This document shows, in pieces, positions 57,224-64,000 of a stretch of 64,000 nt of DNA. The DNA is from a bacterium (lineage in GTDB: Bacteria; Bacteroidota; Bacteroidia; Bacteroidales; Bacteroidaceae): contig CAVBVK010000004.1 in assembly GCA_963599085.1 (NCBI GenBank), forward strand, positions 23,613 through 87,612. The letters run 5' to 3'. How positions within the stretch are numbered: position 1 is the first letter of the stretch; every line of letters starts with the position of its first letter. The notes beneath the pieces were generated by a model, which saw nothing but the letters and a program-made list of their open reading frames with translations, was not told where the DNA came from and ran no database searches. The translations under genes were made by a program, and so were the position numbers.

Positions 57224-57940
57224 TCAGTCCTTCAACGAATAAGTGATGGTGGTGACCACTCTCACCTTCTTTACATAGGGCGTGTTGGAGTCGCGGTCGT
57301 CGATACTGAACTGTCCCTGGTCGGCAGAGATAATCTTGTTGAGGTTGCTTTCGCTGTTTTTGGCAAACTGTTCGGCAGTCTTGCGGGCATTGGCGATAGC
57401 CTCTTCCATCATCTTGGGCTTCATGGAGTTGAACGAAACGAACTCATATTTCACGGGATTGTCATACCCGCCATCGACGATCGCGATGCCATCCTTCAAC
57501 AGTTCGCCCTGACGGGCAATGATGCTGCGCACGAGTTTCACATTGCGCGAGGTGACGGTGACAATTGACGTGATGTTGTAGCGGAACGCCCGGCGGTTGG
57601 TGTTGTACTGGTCGGCATTGAGATCGATCACTACCGGAGCGTTCACGCTAATCTCGTCCTCCTTCAAACCGTTGTGCATAAGGAATTTCTTAATCTTGCC
57701 TTGTGTCACGGCAATGCGGTTGTAGAGTTCGGGAAGGTTGTTGCCAAGTTCCTTGGAGAGTATCGGCCATGTCACCTTGTCGGCATCCACTTCACGCTCG
57801 GAGAGTCCCTTCACCGACACCTTACGGTCTTTGTTGGCGAAATCGTCAATTCCCCACTTCACACAAATGCCGAGAATTACAATACTGACGGCGAGCAATG
57901 CCGCACTGACAATGCGGTTGTCAAAACAACAATGTTTCAT
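57224..57940 (-). CDS. SIMPL (DUF541) domain protein
   Basis: N-terminal anchor and the SIMPL pattern (VKGLSEREVDADKVTW..., ...FSIDD...). 238 aa. Confidence 0.7.
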   Translation of the reverse strand: MKHCCFDNRIVSAALLAVSIVILGICVKWGIDDFANKDRKVSVKGLSEREVDADKVTWPILSKELGNNLPELYNRIAVTQGKIKKFLMHNGLKEDEISVNAPVVIDLNADQYNTNRRAFRYNITSIVTVTSRNVKLVRSIIARQGELLKDGIAIVDGGYDNPVKYEFVSFNSMKPKMMEEAIANARKTAEQFAKNSESNLNKIISADQGQFSIDDRDSNTPYVKKVRVVTTITYSLKD

Positions 57941-57975
57941 AATAACTGATTTTTAATTAAACAATTATCCTGCTT

Positions 57976-59094
57976 TCAGGAACAGGCGGTTCTGCCGTTA
58001 TGTTCCTGCAATATGCTGACTATGCGTTCCGCGGAGCGTCCGTCCCAACGTTCCGGCACGCCACAGGGCTTCCACTGCTTCCGCACCATCTTCTCCATCT
58101 CGGCGGAAAGGAGTTCGGGATTTTCGCCGACAAGCACGTTCGACCCCTTCTTCACCGTCTCGATGTGCTCCGTATAGCTGTTGAGGGTGATGCAGGGGAC
58201 ATGGTTGAACGTGGCTTCTTCAGCCACATTGCCCGAGTCGGTCACCACACCGAGGGCATGGGCGGAGAGATACCCGAACTCAAGATATCCCAAAGGCTCC
58301 ACGACATGCAGCATCGTGAAGAGTTCCGGACGCTCTGCCACCACGGCGTTCACCACTTCACTTGCCTGCCGGCGCAACGGAGCTATCACAGGAACGCCGT
58401 GGGCATGCCCTGCCAACGCCGTTAGAAGTGCACGCATCTCATCGCGGTCGGAGAGCAAAGCCTTACGGTTGAGGGTGAGAACGATGTAGCCGCCGGTGTC
58501 GGTGCCAAGCCCGTCGAGCAGCGGCGGACGGCGGAAACGGCGGTGGTTGAAGCGCAGCGTGTCCATCAGGATGTTACCTACCATATACACTTTCGACGAC
58601 TCTGCACCTTCACGCGCCGCGGCACTGTTGCCGCCCAGACCTGCCGTGAAAAGCAAGTCGGACAGTCCATCGATGACAAGTCGGTTTATCTCCTTCGGCA
58701 TGTTTATGTCGAACGAGCGTGTGCCAGCCACGAGATGTGCCAGCGTTATGCCCTGCTTCTTGGTGACAATGGCCGCCGCCATGGTGGAAGCGAGGTCATC
58801 CACGACAATGACGGCATCGGTGTGGTGGTGCAGCAAGTAATGTTCGAAAGCCGACATCACCTGCCCCGTAAGCTCATTGAGGTTCTCACAGTACACGCCA
58901 AGGTATATGTCAGGACGCTGCATCTGCAAGTCCTCGAAGAGGGAAGGCTCCAGTGTCGGGTCGGTCTCGCTGCCGGCATACACCAGAGTGTGGTTTATGT
59001 CTCTGCCCTCGGCATTGGCTTTGCCGATGGCACGGATTATGGGTGCCACCTTGATGAAGTTCGGGCGTGCACCCGCTACAATGCAAATGTTCAT
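57976..59094 (-). CDS. UDP-N-acetylglucosamine 2-epimerase (non-hydrolysing)
   Basis: N-terminus MNICIVAGARPNFIKVAPI and the C-terminal DSGNVAEEA...PCITLN pattern of WecB/MnaA. Confidence 0.85.
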   Translation of the reverse strand: MNICIVAGARPNFIKVAPIIRAIGKANAEGRDINHTLVYAGSETDPTLEPSLFEDLQMQRPDIYLGVYCENLNELTGQVMSAFEHYLLHHHTDAVIVVDDLASTMAAAIVTKKQGITLAHLVAGTRSFDINMPKEINRLVIDGLSDLLFTAGLGGNSAAAREGAESSKVYMVGNILMDTLRFNHRRFRRPPLLDGLGTDTGGYIVLTLNRKALLSDRDEMRALLTALAGHAHGVPVIAPLRRQASEVVNAVVAERPELFTMLHVVEPLGYLEFGYLSAHALGVVTDSGNVAEEATFNHVPCITLNSYTEHIETVKKGSNVLVGENPELLSAEMEKMVRKQWKPCGVPERWDGRSAERIVSILQEHNGRTACS

Positions 59095-59160
59095 GTATTT
59101 ACCTATAATAAAGGCGCAACCGTGGCTTGCACGGCTACGCCGGATATTGTCTTCTGCCTG

Positions 59161-60117
59161 TTATTCCGCGTTCTTGAAAAGTTCCTTTATGCCCCCCAGA
59201 CTTCCAAGCACATTGGTGGCCTCGTACGGGAGGAACACTGTCTTTGTCTTGTCGCCGTCGGCCAACTCTGCAAGCATCTGTATGTACTTCTGTGCAAGAA
59301 GGTAGTTGGCAGGGTTGGTGCTGTTCCCCACCGCTTCGGTTATCTTGCCGATGGCAATGGCTTCGGCCTCGGCCTTGCGTATGCGGGCCTGTGCCTGACC
59401 TTCGGCATGGAGTATTTCCTGCTGCTTTGCAGCCTCGGCACGGTTGATGGTACTTGTCTTTTCGCCCTCCGACTGGAGTATGGCAGCCTGTTTCTGTCCC
59501 TCTGATGTGAGGATGGTGGCACGCTTGTTGCGCTCTGCCTGCATCTGCTTCTCCATGGCCTGAAGCACACTCGACGGCGGAATGATGTCCTGCAGCTCCA
59601 CACGGTTCACCTTGATTCCCCACTTGTTTGTGGCATCATCGAGCACGGCGCGCAGCTTGGTGTTGATGGTGTCGCGCGAAGTAAGGGTCTGGTCAAGTTC
59701 CAATTCGCCTATGATGTTACGCAATGTGGTCTGCGTGAGCTTCTCTATGGCGTTCGGCAGATTGTTGATTTCATACACGGCCTTGAACGGATCGACAATC
59801 TGGAAATAGAGAAGGGCGTTGATTTGCATCTGTATATTGTCCTTGGTGATCACGTTCTGCTTGTCGAAGTCATACACCTGCTCGCGCAAGTCGATGGCAC
59901 TCGAATACATATAGCGGCCGCGGTTCATCGTGACAATGACTTTGGCACGGTCTATGAAGGGGATTATCACATTGATGCCGGGGCTGAGCGTGGCGTAATA
60001 CTTGCCCAACCGCTCAATGATTCGTGTCTCACTCTGGGGGATGATGACTACCGCCATCTTGACAAACATCACTGCCAAAACGACAATGACGATTAACAGG
60101 ATTGTTAAAGCTTCCAT
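59161..60117 (-). CDS. SPFH/band 7 (stomatin-like) protein
   Basis: N-terminal TM, PHB domain (IIPQSETRIIERLGKY, ...RDTINT...), Ala/Glu-rich coiled coil. Confidence 0.9.
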   Translation of the reverse strand: MEALTILLIVIVVLAVMFVKMAVVIIPQSETRIIERLGKYYATLSPGINVIIPFIDRAKVIVTMNRGRYMYSSAIDLREQVYDFDKQNVITKDNIQMQINALLYFQIVDPFKAVYEINNLPNAIEKLTQTTLRNIIGELELDQTLTSRDTINTKLRAVLDDATNKWGIKVNRVELQDIIPPSSVLQAMEKQMQAERNKRATILTSEGQKQAAILQSEGEKTSTINRAEAAKQQEILHAEGQAQARIRKAEAEAIAIGKITEAVGNSTNPANYLLAQKYIQMLAELADGDKTKTVFLPYEATNVLGSLGGIKELFKNAE

Positions 60118-60174
60118 AATAATGTTGTGTTTTGAATTTTATTGTTGATGAATCATTCTTGCCTGCACAGCAGA

Positions 60175-60624
60175 TTATGCCCTTTCCACTTCGATGATGA
60201 TGCTCTCACGCCCCACGACACGCACCTTGTCGCCCACGGCTATGTCGGCAACATCGTGCGAACAGGCTTTCCAGTCGTCGCCGTCAATCTTCACCCGACC
60301 GTAATCGCCGGCTTTGATTGTCTCCGACACTGTCCCTATACGCCCCTGAAGGGCATCGGCATTACTGACGCGGTGGTGTCCCTTGGCGTTGAGCAAGGCT
60401 GCGAGCCGGGGGCGCAACAGGCGCACCGACAGCACCGACAGCACGGCGAAGACGAGCACCTGCGCCCAGAACGGAATGCCGACAAGTGCCGACAGTGTGC
60501 TGCACAAGGCACCAATGCCGAAGCAGGTGATGTAGAAATCGCCCGAAGTAAGCTCCATGGTCAGACAAACAGTTGCCAAAACGAGCCAGAAGAGCCAAAG
60601 GTTTTCTGCCAGATATCCTATCAT
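60175..60624 (-). CDS. NfeD family membrane protein
   Basis: Three TM segments and a C-terminal OB-fold (GRIGTVSETI...GRVKIDGDDW...GDKVRVV). Sits upstream of its usual SPFH partner. Confidence 0.85.
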   Translation of the reverse strand: MIGYLAENLWLFWLVLATVCLTMELTSGDFYITCFGIGALCSTLSALVGIPFWAQVLVFAVLSVLSVRLLRPRLAALLNAKGHHRVSNADALQGRIGTVSETIKAGDYGRVKIDGDDWKACSHDVADIAVGDKVRVVGRESIIIEVERA

Positions 60625-60750
60625 AACAAATCGATCGCTTTATTTATACAACGATGTAAAGTTAGCCTATTATTACGTAACGCCAAAATTACGACAATGA
60701 AACTTTCGTTAAAGTTTATGAAAGCACCTGCCATTTACACGCATTATCCG

Positions 60751-60758
60751 TAAATTTG
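60751..60758 (+). promoter_or_regulatory. putative -7 box TAAATTTG
   Basis: 25 nt upstream of ATG 60783. Confidence 0.45.
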
Positions 60759-60782
60759 CCATGCGACCAACTTTTAAGGCAA

Positions 60783-61622
60783 ATGAAAATAAGGAAAAGA
60801 TGCATCACTATAATAGCCGCAATGACGGCAATGGCAGGAGTGGCGACAGCGCAGACCGACAACACTCCCGCCAAGACTGTGACCGATGCAAAGGACATGA
60901 CAGGCATAAGCAGCATGGCGGAAGAGCCTGCCGACAACAACGGTGAGAACCTTGCGCGCTTCGACGACTCCGCACTTCAACGCATAATGCCCACCCGTTA
61001 CGGCGGACGCTCGCGCAAACACATAAGGGAGGAGGCTCACGCCGACTCGCTGAATTTGCCTGCTGTCAATCAATACGGACAGCCGCAGACAATAGGGCAC
61101 TATCCGTTGGCTTTCGGCGGATGGTACAGTTGGGGACTGCACAAAGGGCTGAACGTGCAACTCGGAGCCTCGGTTTTCGCGCAATTCGGCAAGGGAACAC
61201 GCCACGGGGCTGGTTTCCAGCAGAACATCGCACTGATGTATGCAATGCCTGTGAACGACAAATTGTCAATAGCGGTAGGAGGTTATCTCAATAATGTGAA
61301 CTTCGCCGGAGACAACTGGCGCGATGCCGGGGTGCAGGCCATGCTTGGCTACCGCTTCAACGAGCACTGGGAGGCATACTTATACGGTCAGAAAACCATT
61401 ACAAACAACATAAACAACCGTCTGCGCCACTCCATGTTCGACGGCTGTTACGGCGGAACGGGAGGCTTCAGCCGCAATTTCTACGGGATGCCCTCCTACT
61501 CCGTTTACGACCTTAACAACTTCGGCGACCGCATAGGAGCTACCGTGCGCTACAACTTCAACAACAGCATGAGCATTGAAGTGTCGGTGGAAAACCGATG
61601 GTTGCCTACTCCGCGTTATTAG
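60783..61622 (+). CDS. hypothetical secreted protein (possible beta-barrel)
   Basis: ATG at 60783 (the track start 60756 is TTG). Signal peptide MKIRKRCITIIAAMTAMAGVATAQ. Gly/aromatic-rich C-terminal half. Confidence 0.55.
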   Translation: MKIRKRCITIIAAMTAMAGVATAQTDNTPAKTVTDAKDMTGISSMAEEPADNNGENLARFDDSALQRIMPTRYGGRSRKHIREEAHADSLNLPAVNQYGQPQTIGHYPLAFGGWYSWGLHKGLNVQLGASVFAQFGKGTRHGAGFQQNIALMYAMPVNDKLSIAVGGYLNNVNFAGDNWRDAGVQAMLGYRFNEHWEAYLYGQKTITNNINNRLRHSMFDGCYGGTGGFSRNFYGMPSYSVYDLNNFGDRIGATVRYNFNNSMSIEVSVENRWLPTPRY

Positions 61623-63513
61623 GTTTCAGCCGCAGACTGTTGCACACAACGCTTACGCTCGACATTGCCATCAGTGCACTTGCCCACACAGGTGTAATCT
61701 GGAAGCCGATGCCGAAAATGCGCAAAACACCTGCCGCCAACGGAATGCTAACTACATTATAGGCGAAAGCCCAAAACAGGTTTTGGCGTATCATGCCCAC
61801 CGTGCGTCGCGAGATGTCACATGCTTCGGGAACGCGGCGCAGGTCGTCGCCGACAAGTGTGAGCTGCGCCACATCCATGGCGACATCCGTTCCGCCACCC
61901 ATCGCCACACTGACATCGGCAAGAGCCAATGCCTGTGAGTCGTTAATGCCGTCGCCTACCATCGCAACGGTCTTTCCTTCCTGTTGCAGGCGGCGCACGG
62001 TTTCTTCCTTATCCTGCGGCAGGCACCGGCTTTTCCAATGTTTTATGCCTGTTTTTCCGGCCCAGAATGCAGTGGCTTCATCATTGTCACCGCTCATCAT
62101 CCACACTTCCATACCACGCTCTTTGAGCATTGTCACGGCCTCGGCAGCATGAGGTTTCAGCGTTTCGCGGTCTTCAAAAGGCAGCTGCGAAGCCGACTTG
62201 AAATCGACATCTTTGTTTGGTATGGTGAGTGTGCCCGTTTTGTCCATCACAATGGCAGTCACACGGCAGAGTTGTTCCACCGCCGCCGCGTCTTTCACCA
62301 GAATGCCTTTTGTCGCCGCTTTCCCTATGCCCACCATGAGGGCGGTGGGCGTCGCGAGTCCCATGGCACACGGGCAGGCTATCACCAATACAGAGATTGC
62401 CGAAAGAGCGGCATCAGGCAGTGCCGCCATACTACCCGCAATCATCCACACTGCAAACGTAAGCAACGACAAAAGAAGCACACACGGCACGAACACAAGA
62501 GCCACCTTATCGACTAACCGCTGCACGGGAGCTTTCGAGGTCTGTGCCTGCTGCACCATGCGTATGATGCCTGAGAGCACCGTCTGCTGTCCCACCTGTT
62601 CGGCGCGGAAGCGCAGCGTGCCCCCGTCCACAACGGTCCCGGCGAGCAGTTTCTCCCCTTTCCGTTTGACGACGGGCACCGGTTCGCCGGAAATCATGGC
62701 TTCATCCACATAAGCTTCGCCATCGGCCACAGTGCCATCAACGGGAATTTTCTCCCCACAGCGCACTTCAACGGTGTCGCCGGCAATCACTGCCGCCAGC
62801 GGGACATCGGTCACCACACCGCCATCCACCACATGAGCCACTTTGGGGACAAGTCCCATAAGCGAGCGTATCGACGCAGCAGTGGATTTGCGGGCGCGTT
62901 CTTCGATGCAACGCCCGGTGAGGACGAAAGTGACAATCATCACCGACGCATCGTAATATGTGTGCCACTCCATGTCATGCGCACCCCAAAACGTGTCGCC
63001 CCAAAACGTGTTGAATGCGCTGAAAAGGAACGACACGCCCGTACTCATGGCTACAAGCGTGTCCATACTGGCAGAGCCGTGAAGCAACCGGCGCACGGCA
63101 TTGATGTAAAAAGAGCGTCCGCAATATGCGATGTTGAGCAATGCCGCAATGAGCATGAACTGATTGGCCGATGAAGTGCTCTCCATGTCAATCCAACGCA
63201 TTGACACCGCCATCACGACAAAGGCGAAAAACCACGACAGGAGAGTGCGCCGGAGCAGCAGACGGTAGTTGTTCCGCTCCATTGCATCCACGCTTTTGGC
63301 ATCATCGGTGACAAGTTCATAACCCATGGCATCTATTTCGCGCTTCATGTCGGCCACACTTATTTTCCGTTCGTCATATTCCACAACGGCAGAGCGACCC
63401 GGCAGCGACACCGATGCCGACCTCACACCTTGCAAGGAGCGCAGCCTACGCTCCACACTGGCACTGCATCCGGCACACGCCATGCCTAAAACGGGTAATG
63501 TCTTCTTTTCCAT
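61606..63513 (-). CDS. heavy-metal (Cu-type) translocating P-type ATPase
   Basis: N-terminal HMA domain GMACAGCSASV, CPC (ACPCAMGLATP), DKTGT, GDGINDS. Confidence 0.9.
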   Translation of the reverse strand: MEKKTLPVLGMACAGCSASVERRLRSLQGVRSASVSLPGRSAVVEYDERKISVADMKREIDAMGYELVTDDAKSVDAMERNNYRLLLRRTLLSWFFAFVVMAVSMRWIDMESTSSANQFMLIAALLNIAYCGRSFYINAVRRLLHGSASMDTLVAMSTGVSFLFSAFNTFWGDTFWGAHDMEWHTYYDASVMIVTFVLTGRCIEERARKSTAASIRSLMGLVPKVAHVVDGGVVTDVPLAAVIAGDTVEVRCGEKIPVDGTVADGEAYVDEAMISGEPVPVVKRKGEKLLAGTVVDGGTLRFRAEQVGQQTVLSGIIRMVQQAQTSKAPVQRLVDKVALVFVPCVLLLSLLTFAVWMIAGSMAALPDAALSAISVLVIACPCAMGLATPTALMVGIGKAATKGILVKDAAAVEQLCRVTAIVMDKTGTLTIPNKDVDFKSASQLPFEDRETLKPHAAEAVTMLKERGMEVWMMSGDNDEATAFWAGKTGIKHWKSRCLPQDKEETVRRLQQEGKTVAMVGDGINDSQALALADVSVAMGGGTDVAMDVAQLTLVGDDLRRVPEACDISRRTVGMIRQNLFWAFAYNVVSIPLAAGVLRIFGIGFQITPVWASALMAMSSVSVVCNSLRLKPNNAE

Positions 63514-63518
63514 GAAAG

Positions 63519-63526
63519 CAAAGTTA
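63519..63526 (-). promoter_or_regulatory. putative -7 box TAACTTTG only 5 nt from the ATPase ATG
   Basis: Plus strand CAAAGTTA at 63519-63526. ATG at 63513-63511. Confidence 0.35.
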
Positions 63527-63883
63527 CGGTTTTTCTTCCATCAGCATTTTACACTATTATGGAAAAGAGTTACAGATAATAGGATTTTAGCAAGTCCTGA
63601 ATTCAGGGAGCAAAATGGAGATGCAACTCCACGCCACTGCCAAGGATTACAATTATTTACTTAAAACACTTTAAAGACGATGTGACCGTGGACATGCAAG
63701 CTTTGGCTAAAGAAAAGTCGCGCATGATGATGCAGGAGGCAGGACATCGTCCGAAAACACATGGGAGATTGGCCGTACCGCCCGACAACGGCAACCAAGC
63801 AACTGACCAAACGTGCAAGTAAGCAAAACACATATACTAACGGGATGTTGCCGGACGGGACGCTTATATCAACGCTGATACGG

Positions 63884-63922
63884 AAACAAAAAAAGAGGGT
63901 GTGCCGGTTTTGACACATCCTC
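63884..63922 (-). terminator. intrinsic terminator of the off-window minus-strand gene (repeated hairpin family)
   Basis: Minus strand GAGGATGTG-TCAAAACCGG-CACACCCTC followed by TTTTTTTGTTT. 27 of 29 nt identical to the pepD terminator. Confidence 0.6.
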
Positions 63923-64000
63923 CCTTGTCTTGAATTCAGCATTGTTCATTCACGGACAGAGATTAAACCTCCAACGTCCCGATTATCTCGTTCACCGAAG

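Noticed and set aside
63661-63942. A 93-aa minus-strand ORF, and a ~43-codon plus-strand ORF (MQALAKEKSRMMMQEAGH...), in the 450-bp spacer upstream of the P-type ATPase.
   Set aside because: The minus-strand ORF runs through the terminator hairpin of the neighbouring gene and has implausible Cys/Phe/Leu/Val-rich composition. The plus-strand ORF has no promoter box or family resemblance. Neither can be supported from sequence alone.
63963-64000. An apparent C-terminus (…SVNEIIGTLEV*) of a minus-strand gene running off the window.
   Set aside because: Only 12 codons are visible. The downstream terminator (63884-63922) makes a gene end plausible, but no product can be assigned.
1-64000. A window-wide search for defence islands, prophage, conjugative elements, CRISPR, toxin-antitoxin pairs, polysaccharide utilisation loci or biosynthetic clusters.
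   Set aside because: I recognised no nuclease/ATPase/methylase defence architecture, no integrase or transposase, no SusC/SusD pair, and no core biosynthetic enzymes. Gene content and tight operon packing are typical of conserved chromosome.

Overview
This 64-kb window looks like core chromosome from a Bacteroidota (Bacteroidales-like) genome. The phylum call rests on four things. TAnnTTTG -7 promoter boxes, often with TTTG about 19-20 nt upstream, precede most transcription units. Shine-Dalgarno sequences are almost absent. There is a Bacteroides-type serine palmitoyltransferase and a T9SS-like C-terminal domain. I call about 60 intact protein genes, nearly all housekeeping: lon, tgt, an LptF/G permease, recR, recQ, recJ, ffh, folD, trmD, gdhA, pepD, nth, a 4-subunit 2-oxoacid:ferredoxin oxidoreductase, a pheA-aminotransferase-DAHP synthase/chorismate mutase operon, an SPFH/NfeD pair and a Cu-type P-type ATPase. 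There are two tRNAs (Pro-UGG, Asp-GUC). I see no rRNA, no CRISPR, no transposase, integrase or phage genes, and no recognisable defence genes. Many ORF-track starts are alternative-codon N-terminal extensions, and I trimmed them where an ATG gives the family-typical N-terminus. I did not find a convincing new multi-gene system, and the region reads as ordinary. The things ordinary annotation would miss are small or RNA-level: (1) a Phe-rich leader peptide with a terminator/antiterminator switch in front of pheA; (2) an orphan promoter-to-terminator unit of about 95 nt, either an sRNA or a leader, upstream of the TIGR02757 gene; (3) a 36-codon acidic ORF with its own promoter, an unusually strong SD and a strong terminator; (4) a 59-codon TPR ORF coupled to folD by a GTGA overlap; (5) three families of short dispersed repeats or hairpins, including a roughly 62-75 nt inverted pair 6.4 kb apart and a near-identical terminator hairpin used at three loci; (6) a 720-bp non-coding gap between the two tRNAs. 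All functional calls come from motif recognition by eye and were not checked against any database.
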